Shown: positions 21,277 through 35,735, counted from the first letter of the stretch. The stretch: DNA of 64,000 nucleotides from Neovahlkampfia damariscottae (GCA_016618085.1 JABLTG010000014.1:1-64000); one strand, 5' to 3'. Numbers and translations: made by a program. Notes: a model not told the origin generated them from the letters alone.

Positions 21277-24200
21277 TTAATTTTCCATTTCCATTTCCAT
21301 TTCACCATCAAATAAACTATATCTAGTTTTCATTTTGCTATACATTTCTGAACCAATATCTTTTAATTTTCTTCTTTCTTGCATGAAAAATAATTGATCC
21401 GAAAAATGAAATGGTATTTTTGATAAAACAGCAACTATTTTTTTTAATTTAATAACATCATTAGGAGTATGAAGAATAGCTGTATTTTGAAAATAAACAT
21501 CAATCGTTTCTAAATCAACTAATGCTTCAATTAATGAAATTAATAATTTCTCTCTTATAAAGGATCATTTAAAACATCAAAAAAAAACACTTACTCTAAA
21601 CAAATAACTAAAAATACTTTCAAATAAAAATCATAAATTTTTGTTGTTGATAAACCATCACGATTTTTCATTTTAATATCATTATCAACCATTTTAATTG
21701 AAAGATCAAAAATTTTGAATAATTTTTCATGATGAGGTAAAATGACTTCAAACATTCTCCAAACATGACCTGTTGTAAAATACCATTGACCAATTAAAAA
21801 CCCATGATTTAAGATGTGTATAAATGGTTTTAAAATTAAATGTTCAATTCTATCATTGATTGTGTCATCAGAAGTTAAAATATCTGAAATTGTTTTTCCT
21901 TTTAAATCTAAACATTTCTTATTGATTTCTTTTAAGAATTTTGTAATACCACCTTTTAATGAAATCAAAGGTTCAATAATATATTCTGCTTCTTCTACTG
22001 CTTCTGTAGTTTTAATAACATTAAGTTTGACTTCACGTGCTTCTCCTGTTTGTCTTGTAAATCTATCAATAATTTCAATTTCATTTTCAATTTCTTTGAT
22101 TTTTCTTTCCCTCTTTTTTTTTTCATTTAATTTTTGTTCATAAATTTTTTCTAATGAAGTTGCTTTATCATTTTTTTCTTTTGCAATTTTTTTAACTTGT
22201 TCAACTTTTTTTAAAAGTTCTTGGAATTTTAAATCAAAATCACTTTTTTTATCTTCTTCAATTTCTTGTTGAACTTCTTTTAATCTTTTTTCATTTTCTT
22301 GTATTTTGATTTGTTGATACTTTATTTCGTCTGTATTTTTAGCAATTGACGTTTTTGCTTCTTCAATAGTTAATAAGGCTTCTTCTGGATTTTTCTTTTT
22401 AATTTGTTTTTTCAATTCAATATTTTCTGATTTAATCGCTGCAATCTTTTTATTGGTCGAAAATTCGGAATTGAATTCATCAACCAATGATTCCATTTCA
22501 TCAACAGATAAAGATTTCATTCTTGACTTTTTAATCAATTCATTATCTTTTTCAAATTGTTTTAATAATTTTCTTTTTTCTAAATTATCATTCAAACCAT
22601 CAATTTTTTGTTTTCTTTTTATCAATAATTTGCCAGATAATTCAATTCTTTTGTTTGAAATTTCTTCAAATTCTTTTTGAAGAGGTTTTGTTTTTTCTTC
22701 TAAAGAACTTAATTCATTCTCTAAAGTATTTAAAAATTCATTTGATTTTTCAGATTGAAGTGTTGATAAAAATGTTTCTTCTGATTTGTTCAAACTATCA
22801 TGAATTTTTAATTTAACAATTTTTGATGTATTCTTAATGATATTTTTTTCAATTCTTTCAATTTTATTTTTTTCATGTGTTAAAATTGAATCTTTTAATG
22901 GTTTCAATTCATTTTTCATTGTTGTATTTTCCTCTAATGATTTATCAAGTATTTTCTTTTGTTCTTCATATTCTTTCTTGACAGCATCAAGACTTTTAAT
23001 ATAAATAGTTTCTTTTGATTGAATTTCTTTTTCTTTTTCTTCATTTTTTCCTTTAAGTTTTGAAATTTGATTTTCTTTTTGCTCAATTGCTTTTTTCTTT
23101 TGTATTTCTAAATCATTTGATTTTATTTTAAATTCTTCAATTTTTCCAGTCATATATTTGATATCTTCATTAAATTCTTTTTTTTCTTGTGTTTCTTCAT
23201 CAATTATCTTTTGAATACGATTGATTTCATTTTGAGAAGCAACTAATTTTGTTGTTAATTTTTGTGTTAAAAGTAATGTAGCATTCTTTTTTTGTCCTTC
23301 CATTTTATCATGTGTAACTTTTAATTCAGTTTGTTTTTTTTCAAGTGGATTTAAAAGATCAAAATGTTCTGATTCAATTTTTTGTTTTTTTGATTTCCAT
23401 TCATCTAATGATGAAACTATTTCAATTTTATCACTTTCAATATCCTCCATTGAATCTTCTAATTTTCTATGTTCTTTTTTCTTCTCTTTGTGAAGTTTAT
23501 CCATTTCTTTTTCAATTGTTTCAAGTGATTGTTTGATTGTCTCAGGCATTGCTTCTGCTTTTTTTTCTTGTAAAGTAATATTTTCTTGTAATGATTGAAT
23601 ACTTGAGTTAGTGTCTTGTTTTGATTTTTTTAAAAATTCTTTTCTTGCTTCTTGATAAACTTCAGGTAACTCTTCTTCTTTTTGGAATACCATTGAACCC
23701 ATTGATCCCATAGATCCAAGTGAACCTGAGGAATTTCTTGAATGTCCTCTTGCAGAAAGAGGTGATTCCATTGGACGTGGTGACTCTAAAGGATTTCCAA
23801 AAACAGGATCATACCCTTCTGTTAATTTTAAATTGAATGAAGATTGAGCAAATGATTTTCTTTTGTCTTTTCTAAAAAAAAAAAAAATTAATTTTTTTTT
23901 TTTCTTACATTGAAGTGACACCTTTTTCGTTTGCTTTTTTTCTGGCTTCTTCTACACTAAGATGTGATGGCCAAATGAGTATGGTATATAATAAATAACT
24001 TGACGCTTTTTCAAATTTACAAGAGTCTTCACGGTCATAAGTATTCAATTCACCTTCATGTACAAAACATTCATTTGGTTTAATAGATTGAGAACTCCAT
24101 GCTTTTGAACCTTTTGAACCCCATAGAAGAAGTAGTCTAAGCTTTTTTTCTTTGTATTTGTTTCCAACCTTTTCGAGTTCCACTTGAAAATTTATAACAG

Positions 24201-24411
24201 CTCCTATTTTATAAGCATCTAATTTGTCTTTGTTGTTGTTGTCAAAAATATCAGGTTCTGTTCCTCCTAAGGTTTTTTTTTTCTTTAACACAGTTGACGA
24301 TTCTTCAACAATTTCAAATTTGTATGTCTTATCCCTTGGAAGTTTACTAAGTTTGTCCATGTTACGCCATTCATTGATGGACACTTGGACGTTGACTAAT
24401 TCTTTACTCAT
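21277..24411 (-). CDS. Long coiled-coil protein with C-terminal RUN domain (3 exons)
   Basis: Long E/K heptad region, then FIHILNHGF..HVWRMF..FLVICLE|EKLLISLIEAL..YFQNTAIL..LSKIPF, matching RUN blocks. Confidence 0.7.
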
Positions 24412-24504
24412 CTGATAAAAACGATGTTAATTTCTGACCAATGAGAATATTTTTTAATTGGCCAATGATAATCATCATGAAAAAAAATTTTTCTTGTGTG
24501 AACT

Positions 24505-25623
24505 TTATTCTTTAATAATATTTGTTTTATCATAGTTATCAGCTTTATTTTCAGAAATAACTGCTTCAATGCCAAATGGATTTCCTAAACTTGAAATTTC
24601 CAAGATTACTGGATCTGTTGCTAAAACACTTCTTCTTCTTCTTCTCAAGTTTCTTCTACTTCTTCTTGCTGCTCTTCTTCTTCTGATTCTATTTCTTCTT
24701 GCTGCTCTTCTTTTTTGTTTTGCTGCTCTTTTTGCTTTAATTCTTTTTTGTCTTTGATGTCTTCTTGTTGCTCTTCTTCTTCTGATTCTATTTCTTCTTG
24801 CTACTCTTTTTTTTTTTCTTTTAGCTCTTTTCTTAGCAATTAATTGACGACGTCTTTTTTTTCTTTCAGCTCTCCAATTCGGACACTTTGCCCTACAACC
24901 TTTATTTGCACGATTTGTCAACACAATTCCAACAGCTCCAATTCTGTAAAAGAATAAATTACAGGAACAATAATCAAATTTCTTATTGTCCAAACGAACA
25001 ATCAGCTCATCAAAAATATCTTGAGCAGATTTTTGAATTTTGTTTTTCAAAGCCGTTCGATAATTGCCAAATTTAAAATTTTTAACAGTATTTTGAAAAT
25101 GTATTTGCAAGTCCATTCTATCTTTTTGAGATATTTTTTTTCCACCTTTGCACATGGCCTCATATTTTGATAAAATTGTATGGAAAGTATCTTTGAACAA
25201 ATTTGCAAGAGCAATGCGAAGAGAATGAGAAGCAGAGAATATAGAGCTTGCAGATTTTCGAGAAGCCTCAATGATTTTCTTTGGTAGCCAAGTTTTAATT
25301 GATTGAGAACGACAACTACTTCTCCAAAGAGCTTGATTTTTTGCGGTTTTGAAGTTTCTCCATGTTCTCATGTCAAAATATACTGATTCCCCGCATTCAC
25401 ATCCAAAACTTTAACAAATATTAAAACTGATATTCTTTACCGACAAGTGTGAGCTAAAATTAAAAAGGAATGTAGATTGCTTACCAGGGTCACATTCATC
25501 TTTTGAGTGTTTGTTCAAACTTTCAACTTCAAGCAGACGTGCTGATCCACCACAAGCTGCAGTTGTTGCTAATACTGTGCTGGTGATAGCAAGGATGAGT
25601 ATCACAAAACTGAGTGAAGTCAT
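24505..25623 (-). CDS. Secreted protein with Cys-containing N-terminal domain and very Arg/Lys-rich C-terminal region (2 exons)
   Basis: Signal peptide MTSLSFVILILAITSTVLA; intron near 25410-25483; RRNRIRRRRA present twice (33-bp identical repeat at 24671-24703 and 24770-24802). Confidence 0.7.
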
Positions 25624-25818
25624 AATTGGTCAGTTTGTTTTTCACCAATCATTTTGTTTTCTGATGACTCAAAACAAAATATCCTGAAATTTTCTTGTAA
25701 ACACGAAAAAAAATGAAAATTGTTTTGTCAAAAGTGCGCTGGAAAAAAACAACCAATCATCGTAAATTTGAGAAAAAACGTTACGCCTTTTAATTGGTTA
25801 CCTCAACAAAACTTTGTG

Positions 25819-27360
25819 ATGTTTTACTCAGAGTTTGTCTTGACAAAGAAAGGCCCTTTGGCTAAAATTTGGTTAGCTGCACATTGGGATAGGAAACTAA
25901 ATAAAAATCAAATCACTGAAACAGATATCAAAGACTCAGTGAGTAAGTTATAAAAAAACTAAAAAAAACTTTTAGACTCGATTGTGAATCCTGTTGTCGC
26001 AATTGCTCTGAGAACTTCAGGACATTTACTTTTAGGAGTTGTAAAAATATATCAAAGAAAAGTAAAATACGTTTTGGCTGAAGCAAATGAAGCTTTAACT
26101 AAAATTAAATTAGTAAAAAAAAAAATAAAACTCACTTTTTTTCAACAGCAAGTTATTCCAGATACCAAAGTTGATTTACCTGAAAAGAATACAATTGCTA
26201 CACATTCCAGTATCACTTTACCTTCAAATGTTCAATTACTCTTACCTGAAGCTGAAACTTTCATCAATCCAAATGAAAACTTCAGAATGGCAAACATTTC
26301 AGAAATTACAATGGATGATTTTGAAAATTGGGAAACAGCTCCAGAAACACAAATCAGACCAAGTCAAGGAGGACCACCTTCTGTATCGGATAAAACACCT
26401 TCTGTTGAAATGCCTAGAGAACAACAAATACTTCCTGGAATTGACGATGAATTTGGAATTATGGATCAAATTATGGGTGAAAATGTTACTCCTGGAAAAT
26501 CAACACCTCAAATGGGCAGAATTTCAGAAATTCCAGAAGAACCTTTTGGTATTTCACCTGGTTTTGAAACAACTTTTGATATTCCTCCAACAGAAGAACC
26601 TATCAAAAAAAAAAGAAAATTAGTTTCAAAAGGAACGTTAATTATTGATGAAGAAACTTCAATTCCAAGTTCAGAATTTAAACAACAAATTTCAAACGCT
26701 TCAGATATTACAAGAGTTTTAAAATCAGCACCAAAAACCAAAGAAGATCTTTTAGAAACACCTTTAACATTCAATAATTTGTTACATCAACCAAATATCC
26801 AAGGACTTCCAACAGCTTTCAATGAATTATATTCAAAAAAAAGAATGCGTGAAGATTTAAATGAAAAAGAACAAATTCGTGAACAGACAGGTTTTGAAGA
26901 TATTCCAGATACTTATATTCCACAACCTTCACCAACAGAAGAAGGATTTGGTGGTATACCAATGCCAGAAGAAGATATTCAACATGAACTTATTACACCT
27001 GAAAAATCAGTTCGTCCATCAATTGGAGGTCAGCTTGAAATGCCATCAACTTCAACAAAAAAGAAAAAAACAAAGAAACTTGAAACTGAAGAAGAACGAA
27101 AAATCAGAGAAGAATTGGCAAAAGATTATAAAGGAAAAGGAATCACAGATAAAACATTAAAAGTTGTTGGATTACTCAAAGAATCATTTAAAGATCAAGA
27201 TGAATTAAGTGTTGAAGCAATGTTATTTGGAAGAAAAAGAGCTGTTGCTGGAAAATACTTTTTTGAATTATTAGTTCTCAAATCAAAAGGTATTATTAAT
27301 GCAGAACAAGATGAACCATTTGGTGATATTATTATTTCAAAAACTGAACAATTCGTGTAA
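25819..27360 (+). CDS. RAD21: Cohesin kleisin subunit RAD21/SCC1
   Basis: MFYSEFVLTKKGPLAKIWLAAHW, IALRTSGHLLLGVVKIY, C-terminal FFELLVLKSKGII..EQDEPFGDI. Confidence 0.95.
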
Positions 27361-27381
27361 TAAATTATTTTTATAAAAAAT

Positions 27382-28565
27382 TCAAAAAGATTTGAAAATA
27401 GTTTCAATTTCTTCATGGAGTTGCAATTTCTCCACAAGGACTTCTGGTAATTTTGGATGATATGCAGCAAGTAAAGGACCCTTTGAAATATTTTAATAAT
27501 TTTTTGATTTACAGCAATTGCTCCATAGGTATCTGCATCAGCTCCAATGAGAACTACCCACATGATACTTTCAAAGTTGAATTTTTTGAAAGGCCATTCT
27601 GATTCAAACCAATCTGGAATTTTCAATTTTAGTTCATCAAAACTATGATACAATGACCATAATGCTATTTTCAATGACAAAACACAATATCCTGAAACAC
27701 CTTTGTAATAATACGTATAGGGATCAAAATTCTCAAAATCTTTAATTTCATCAATGAATTGAGTTTCTGATTTATTTAAATTCTCACTTCCAACTTTGTT
27801 CAACCAAATTTTTGAAGGGTTATCTTCTTTTCTGAATTTTACTTCATTTTTCCACTCTTTCCATTCATTTGATAAAATATCAACAATATCAGAAAAATTT
27901 GGTGGATTTTTTCGAATTTCTTCATTTTTTAAAGCTTTTCTTATTAGAATTGTGTGGACAATGCATGTCAAAACTTTTTAAAACTTTCAAATTCAAAATT
28001 TCTTTTTACCTGGGAGTGGTCCAAAATGTGTCATCATTGATTGTTCAACAGTTTGATCTATAGCATCCATAACATCCAATTCTAATGTTATGACAGGAAT
28101 TATGGCATTTCTCATCAAAGAACCATTAGGAGCTGATGTTGGATGATTATCAAAATCTTCTAATCCTGATAAATACCACTCTTTACCATTATTTCGATTT
28201 TTTTCAGCTGAAGATAAAGTTCTTACTGTTGTGAAGCCAATATCTTTTGGTCCGTTTCTGTACCATTGAATGAAGTTGTTCAAAACGTCTTGTTGGTGAA
28301 ATTTTTTTTTCTTGAAAATAAAACTTCGTAAAATACACATGGCCATATCAGAATCATCAGTTGGTTCTCCAGGTTTCCATAGACCGCTTCCAATGTATGT
28401 TGAAGGCCATCCTTTGACCATTAATTTTCCTACTGTGTTTGGAATTTTAAATTCTGATGTAGCTCCTAAACTGTCTCCAATTAAACAACCATAAACAACA
28501 GCTTTTTTTTGAAGTGTAGTGCTACCAGAAAAATCTAAGATTTTTGATTCAACTTGCTTGTTCAT
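27382..28565 (-). CDS. ADP-ribosylglycohydrolase (ARH/DraG family), 3 exons
   Basis: GDSLGATSEF, PTDDSDMA, NGSLMR, MMTH, GADADTYGAIA|GPLLAAY motifs. Confidence 0.9.
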
Positions 28566-28756
28566 GTCAGAACCTAAATTTTAGTTGTAATAATCTGATT
28601 GGATACTTGAAGAAAAGTTCAATATTGTGAATTTTTGTTCATCAAGAATTTTCATTTTAAAAACAATATTTTTCCTTTTTGGAGTGATTCAATTTATCAA
28701 CCAATCAAACGTATAATTTTTCTTCCAAACCTTATTCCAACAATCAAAAATAAACT

Positions 28757-31700
28757 ATGAGTTTTCTGTTGCCCAAAAAATCTAAATTCAAAAACTTAGC
28801 AGGTTCACAATGTATAAAAAACCAAATCTATACAAATTTAAAAGATGTACAAAAACAATCAGGCGGAGAATCTGAAGTCGTTTCAGTAAACGAAAATTTT
28901 TTTGCTATACCATGGTCATTAGCTTCAGTTCTTGTGGTACACCGAAAAAACGATGGTCAAAAAATTCTTGATCCAGCCACAATTTCTGGACATAAAGATT
29001 TAATCTCAGATACACAATTTTCACCTTTCAAAACCGAATTATTGGCTACAGCTTCAAATGATGCTACAGTTAGACTTTGGAACTTACCTTCAGAAGGATT
29101 AAAAACGAAAATTATGCAAGAAGATGTTTGTTTTATTCATCCAAAAAAAGTTAATATTGTGAAGTTTCATCCTACAGCTTCGGATATTCTTTTAACTTCA
29201 AGTGGCGATTTTAAAACAAGATTATGGGATATAAATAGTCCTAAAGAACCTTTTTTTACCGACGAACATCATACAGACACCATACAATCATATTCTTGGA
29301 ATAATGATGGTAGCGCTTTTGTAAGCAGTTGTAAAGATGGAATTCTGAGAATTATGGATCCAAGAACTGGTTCTTTATTAGTTGTAAGATAATTTAAAAA
29401 TTAATTATTTTTTAAAGCATGGAAAAGCACATGAAAGTACCAAAGGTTTCAGAGCTTGTTGGCTAGGAAAAAACGAAAAAATAGCAACCATAGGATTTAA
29501 TAAACAAAGAGGTAGAGAATATGCCTATTGGGATATCAGAAAAGGATTCAAGAATGGTCCTATTACACGAGCAACAATTGACACATTTCCGACTCAATGT
29601 TGGATGTACTTCGACCCAGGAAACAATATTTTGTATACTGCTGGTAAAGGTGATTCAATAATTAAATTCTACGAAATTAATGATTCTGCACCTTTTATTC
29701 ATTATATTTCTGAATTTAAATCAAGTCGTTCACAATCTGGTCTTGCTATGATTCCACAAAGATTTAATGATACAAATAAATGTGAAATCGCAAAATTTAT
29801 GAAATTAACAGGATCAGAACTTGAAACTATTTCTTTTCAAGTTCCAAGAAAAGATTCAAACAAAATATTGAATGATGGAGATAAAAAAGTTGAAATTTTT
29901 CAAGAAGATATTTATCCAGATGTTTATAGCGGTAAACCATCATTAACTGCAAAAGAATATTTAAAAGGAAATGATAAACCACCGGTTATGTCTTCAATGA
30001 AAAAAGAACAAATGGTTTCTGTTTATGAAGTTCCAATTGACTCAGGTGGAAAAGTGAAACCAACTGAAACTAAAACATTTGGAAAAGGTCAAATTGAAGG
30101 TTCTTTAATCATGTTAACACCACCAAAGAAAAAAGAAAGTTGTTTTGTTTCAATGAAGATTAAAGAAATTTTAATTGAAGAAGAATCCAAAAAATCCAAA
30201 AAATCAAATACTTCAATACCAATTGCATCTGTTTTATCAGTTCATAAAGTAAAAGGATTGACCAATGATCCAGAGGATGATATTTTAACATTTCAATTTT
30301 GCACAACTGAAAGAATGTATTATTTTATTGCAGATAATGAACAGGAAAGGAATAAATGGATTAAAACCATATCAAAAAACCTAAAAAGATCATATCAAGT
30401 AATTTTTGACAAATTTATATTTCTAACCATATGAATAGAACGAAGAAGCAATTGAAGATCAATTTTTTCAAGGACAAGCAAACAAATCAAAAATTAAAGG
30501 TTGGAACAGTCGATACTTGTACTCAATTAATAATTATTTGTTCATTTTTACATCCAAATATGATGTCATTCCTGAAGAAAAATATTCAATGAACGACTTG
30601 AAATCAGTTCAAGATTTTTCAGAATACAAAGGAATTAAAGATAAGGAAAAGAATTTAATTTTACAAATAAATACAAAAAAAAAAACTGATTTGACATTCT
30701 TGGCAAATACAGAAACTCAAAAAGGTATCTTTTTCATTTTTTAATTTTCAAAAAGATAAATGGTTGGAATACTTGCAAAATATTTTCAGTCCAACTCCAG
30801 ATAATGATAATTTGCTACAAAGTCTTGGTTTGGTTTCTGAAAACATGAGAAGGGCTTCAGTGATTCCTTCTAAAATTGGTGAATCAGCTGGTTCGATTCA
30901 AGTTTTTCCAATTTCTCCAAATGTTGTTGAACAAGATATTTCTGATTTATTTGGTATTTTTGGTACCATCACCAGTATAAAATTTTATAGAGAAAAGAAA
31001 TTTCCTGGAATTGATGAAGATCTTGTATTGATCACTTTTTCAAAAGAAATGGATGCTGAAAAGGCAGTTGCATTGAATGGAATAAGCATGGAAGAACAAA
31101 GAGTAACAGTACAAGTATATGTCAAAGAACAAAATCTTGATCCTCTTTACATCAAAAGTAAGTTGATTTTGAGATTTAAAATTTTGTAGTTGATAAAATT
31201 CCTTTAGAAACATCAATTCTTGATATCAATGATGTATTTTCTTGTTTTTCAGAAATTGAATCCATTCGATTGTGGTATGACCAAAAAAATACTACAGATC
31301 CATCCAATGCAAAACATAAAATTGCTTATATTAAATTCGCAAATCGTGAAGAATCTTTACCTACTTTAGGGTTGGATGGAATGAAATTTTATGATAAACC
31401 TGTCAAATTAAGTGAATTGAAAGGTAGAATTGATGAAGATGAATTGTTTTTGAATGAAGTCAATCCAATAGATGTCAAAAATGGATTAAGAAATATATTA
31501 CTTCAAATGAAAGGAAAGAAAAGAATTCGCTCCAAAGTTGTTCTATTGAATGTGAACTCTTTAAATTCAAGTGATGTTTTTATTCTAGATGCAGGAATGA
31601 AAGTGTTCCAATGGAATGGAAAAAAAGCATCAAAATTCAAAAAAGCCAGAGGGTTAGATGTTACCACTAATATTCGTGTAAAAGATAGATCTGGAACTGC

Positions 31701-33521
31701 AAAAGCAATTATACTTGATGAAGGAAAAGAAGCTGAATATCCAAATGAATTCAAAGAATTTTGGAAATTAATTTCAGGAAAATCAGAAACACAACAAGTA
31801 GAATTGACTGATGGACAAACAGATATTGAAGCGGAAAAAGAGATTGACAAAAATACTATTCTTTATAGAATCTATAAAAAAAGTGGAAAATTCAAATTGA
31901 AAAAAATTGCGGAAGATCAAGACCTTTCAAAAGAAATGTTAAAAAGTGAATATGTATTTATTTTGGATTGTTTAAATGAAATTCATATTTGGGAAGGAAA
32001 AGAATCTTCAGCTGAATCAAAGAAAATGGCAAAAAAAATCGCAATGAAATTTGAAGTTCAATCACGTCGTCCGTTTTGGGTAACCACAACAAGACATATT
32101 GAAATGGGTGAAACAGTTATCTTTAAAGAAAAATTCATTGATTTTCCATCAATTTTACCAATTGGAGTTCAAGCAAGTTCACTTGGTTCTAAAGCAGGAT
32201 CCACAGTTTCAAGTAATAAACAATACTTAATTAACATATTTTAGAAAAATTAGTTCAAAAAAAAATCACTCCTGAAGATTTAATTTCTTTAAAAGATTCC
32301 ACCATGGACGATATATTTGACAATGGAACAGGAACATCAAAAATATGGAAAGTTGAAGGATTTGAAAAAGAAGAATATCCTATTGAAATGTATGGTAGAT
32401 TTTTCTCAGGTGACAGTTATATTATTCTTTATACTTATCAAAAGAAAAATAAGAATTATAATTTGATTTATTTCTGGCAAGGTCGTGATTCAACAGTCAA
32501 TGAAAAAGGTGCATCTGCATTATTAAGTGTAAATTTATCAGAAATTACGAGTGGAGAAACTCTTCAAATTCGATGCTTACAACAACAAGAAAATGAACAT
32601 TTTCTTTCAATCTTTAATCCATTTTCAACAATACATGCACCGTATATGGTTCATTATGGAAAATACAAAAATTATTCAAAAGAAAATGAAATTGAAGTTT
32701 TTGATGTTCGAGAATCTAATTCAGGTTATCTAAGAGCAATTGGAATTTCACCAAAAAAGATTAAATTACATTCAAATGGATGTGTTTTATTAAAAAGAAA
32801 AAATGAAGTATTTCTTCGAATTGGTAAAAATGCAACAAAAAAAGAGATTCAATACTCAAAAGATGTTGCAAAGATATTATCAAAAAATTCACCAAAAGAG
32901 ATTAAAGAAGGAAGTGGAGATATTTTAGTTGTGAAGTTTGGAAAAGAAAATTTACAAAACTATCCTTCTTCACAAAGAAAAAAATCTCGACTTTTCAAAA
33001 TGAATGGACAATCAGGTGTTGTTGAATTTGAAGAAGTTTATGATTTTTCACAATATGATTTAAATCAAAAAGATGTTTTCATTCTTGATAATGGTGAATT
33101 TATCTATTGTTGGTATGGAAATGAAGCAAGTTTCTATACAAGAAAATTCTCATTGGAATTGGCTGTTGCCTATTCAAAGAAAGTTAAATCTACAAAAGTT
33201 TATGTTGTTAAATGTTTTGGTGAACCAATTGAATTTACAAGTCTTTTTCAGGGATGGGAAAAATGGAGCTGGAAAACTAAACTCAAAGTCGATACTCAAT
33301 TATTGGATTCTGAATATTTCATTCAAGAGTATTCACGTAAAACATATTCTTATAATGAATTATTGGAAGAAAAATTACCAGAAGGTTTGGATGCAACAAA
33401 ATTGGAAACTTATTTGGGTGATGATGAATTTATGGAGGTTTTTTCAATGGATAGAGAAAAATTCAATAAGTTACCAAAATTCAAACAACAAAATTTAAAA
33501 AAAGAAGTTTATTTGTTTTAG
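28757..33521 (+). CDS. Villidin-like protein: coronin WD40 + 2 PH + 2 RRM-like + gelsolin repeats + villin headpiece (multi-exon)
   Basis: Coronin motifs (GKGDSIIKFYEI, FQVPRK..FQEDIYPD); PH (ERNKWIKTI); RRM-like (DLFGIFGTI..ITFSKEMDAEKAV; IAYIKFANRE); gelsolin (SDVFILDAG, FFSGDSYIILY); headpiece (LETYLGDDEF..KQQNLKKEVYLF). Confidence 0.85.
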
Positions 33522-33615
33522 ATACATTTCATATTCCAACAAGAATAAATTTTATTTGAACAATTTTTGGGATAAAAATTGACCAATCAAACTGTCAAGA
33601 AGAAAAAACTCTGTC

Positions 33616-34719
33616 ATGCTTGTTGTTGTTCTAAAAGTTTTATTCCTCATTTATGTGGGTATGTCAGAAATTTTCATGATGCTGATGAGTAATTTAGGAG
33701 TTGAATTTGGAATTCATCCGCTGTTCAGATTTGTGTTAGGTGTTTTGATATTTGGTCTTCCATTGTACTTGTTCAATTTTTTCATTGCTTGTATTATTTC
33801 GTTTGTTATTTTTACTATTATTCACTTTATTGGAAATAATTCGCCAGTTGGAGAATTAGAATCTCAATCAAATAAAGTGTACATTATAACTGGAGTTTCA
33901 GAAGATGGCATTGGATATTTCTTAGCAAAAAAAGCATTAAAATTAGGTGCCATTGTTATATTAGCTTGCAGAAATGTTCAAAAAACAAAAGAATTAATTC
34001 CAGATCTTATTAAAGACTCTGGAAATAAAAATGTGCATATTCTTGAATTGGACTGTTCTTCAATGGAATCAATAAGGAATTTTGTTAAAAATTTTAAATC
34101 AAAATTTGATAAATTGGATGTATTAATTAACAATGCAGGTGTCAATGTGATGAATAGAACATCAGAAGATGGTTTTGAACTTATCACTGCTGTGAATTAT
34201 CTTTCTGTATATTCATTGTCACTTTTATTATTAGATGAACTTAAAAAAACAAATGGTAGAATTGTTATCACTTCATCAGAAGCACAAGCATATCCTCAAG
34301 ATGAAAAAGTAATTGAAGATGATTGGACAGAAAAAATGATGGATACTTATGGTAGATCAAAGTTATACGTAAATATGTTCACAAAAGAATTACAAAATAG
34401 ATTAAATTCTGAAAAATCGGGTGTTTCTGTTTATGCTTTTCATCCTGGTGTGGTTTTCTCTGCAATTTGGGGAAAATTCTTTCCAAAACTTGTTCAAATT
34501 TTGTATTTTAGATATTTTTGGTTGAGGATGCGAACACCTGAAGTTGGAGCTAATACTGGAATATATTTAGCAGCTAACAAAGATGTAGTTGAACGTAAAG
34601 GTGAGTATTTCATGAGAAATAATGTTTATCCAATCAATGAAATTGGAACTAATCCAAAATTAAGAAAGAGATTATGGGAAAGAACACAAAAAATTCATGA
34701 TCAATTCTTCAACCCATAA
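33616..34719 (+). CDS. Membrane-anchored retinol dehydrogenase-like SDR
   Basis: ITGVSEDGIG, INNAG, YGRSK, HPGVV; N-terminal TM segments. Confidence 0.88.
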   Translation: MLVVVLKVLFLIYVGMSEIFMMLMSNLGVEFGIHPLFRFVLGVLIFGLPLYLFNFFIACIISFVIFTIIHFIGNNSPVGELESQSNKVYIITGVSEDGIGYFLAKKALKLGAIVILACRNVQKTKELIPDLIKDSGNKNVHILELDCSSMESIRNFVKNFKSKFDKLDVLINNAGVNVMNRTSEDGFELITAVNYLSVYSLSLLLLDELKKTNGRIVITSSEAQAYPQDEKVIEDDWTEKMMDTYGRSKLYVNMFTKELQNRLNSEKSGVSVYAFHPGVVFSAIWGKFFPKLVQILYFRYFWLRMRTPEVGANTGIYLAANKDVVERKGEYFMRNNVYPINEIGTNPKLRKRLWERTQKIHDQFFNP

Positions 34720-34968
34720 CTTCATAAAAACTCTTATAATTGGTATATTTTCAAAAATAAACAGTATTTTTTAGTTGAAGATAGTTTTTGTGGTTCTTTG
34801 TAGAACTTTACATTTCTCATAATCAGAATAGATCCTTTGATTTCAATAGACATTTCCTGTAAACTTCAAATGACCAAATATATTTTTCATTCATATCAAA
34901 AACATTTTTGGATTCATTTCTATTTGGGAGACTAACCAATCAGTTTCAGTTGAATCATTTTTTTTGTT

Positions 34969-35735
34969 ATGAAGGCACCAACCACCATTTTTTTTGTCCT
35001 GACATTTTTCTTTTTTCAGTGTAATTCAAACATTCTTTTTTGAAATTAACTAATTCAAAAATAGTTGTAAATAGCGCAGAAGTTTCAAAAAAGATGAATT
35101 TTGCTATACCTGCTGATAATCACTGGACTTACACAACAAACAGGTTAGCAGAAAAAATAACAATTTCTATACCTTTTCTTACTTCACCTTTTAACGTTAA
35201 AGTCATGAACTCCACAAATTATGATAAATTTAAAATTGGAAACCCTACTTATCAATCTATAGTTGTCCATAACAAAATTGATCGTTTAGCACCTACTACA
35301 ATTAAAAATGATAATGTTACTAATTATATTGTTATTATTGAAAATTCATACAATACTGCAACTTTAGGAGGTTTTATTACAATTAAAGAAGAATTTCAAT
35401 TTTCATCTGCTTCTTCAAAAATATTACAAGTACTTTTGGGTTTATTAGTTTCAATTCCAGGTCTCATTGTAGCTGTACTTCTTGTTATAATTTTGTTGTT
35501 TCTTGTTGGTGGTGTAATCACATACATTAAAAGAAAAAATTGGTCTGAAATGGAAAAAGAACAACGTTCAAGTTTAGTAAATCAAGATTTAAGTGATGAT
35601 GATGACGAAATTCCTGAAGATACTCAATTGGAAGAATTGAACGAAAAAGACATTGAAGAAGCTTTAACAGAAGATGATGAATTGTTGAAAAAATCATTAT
35701 TAGAAATAGCTCAAAGTAAATCAGTTGATGAATAA
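34969..35735 (+). CDS. Hypothetical type I membrane protein (2 exons)
   Basis: Signal peptide exon, intron from 35021, single long TM helix, acidic tail. Confidence 0.6.

Noticed and set aside
27195..27381. Apparent overlap of the ARH ORF with the RAD21 3' end
   Set aside because: Caused by read-through of an intron; the spliced ARH frame stops at 27382
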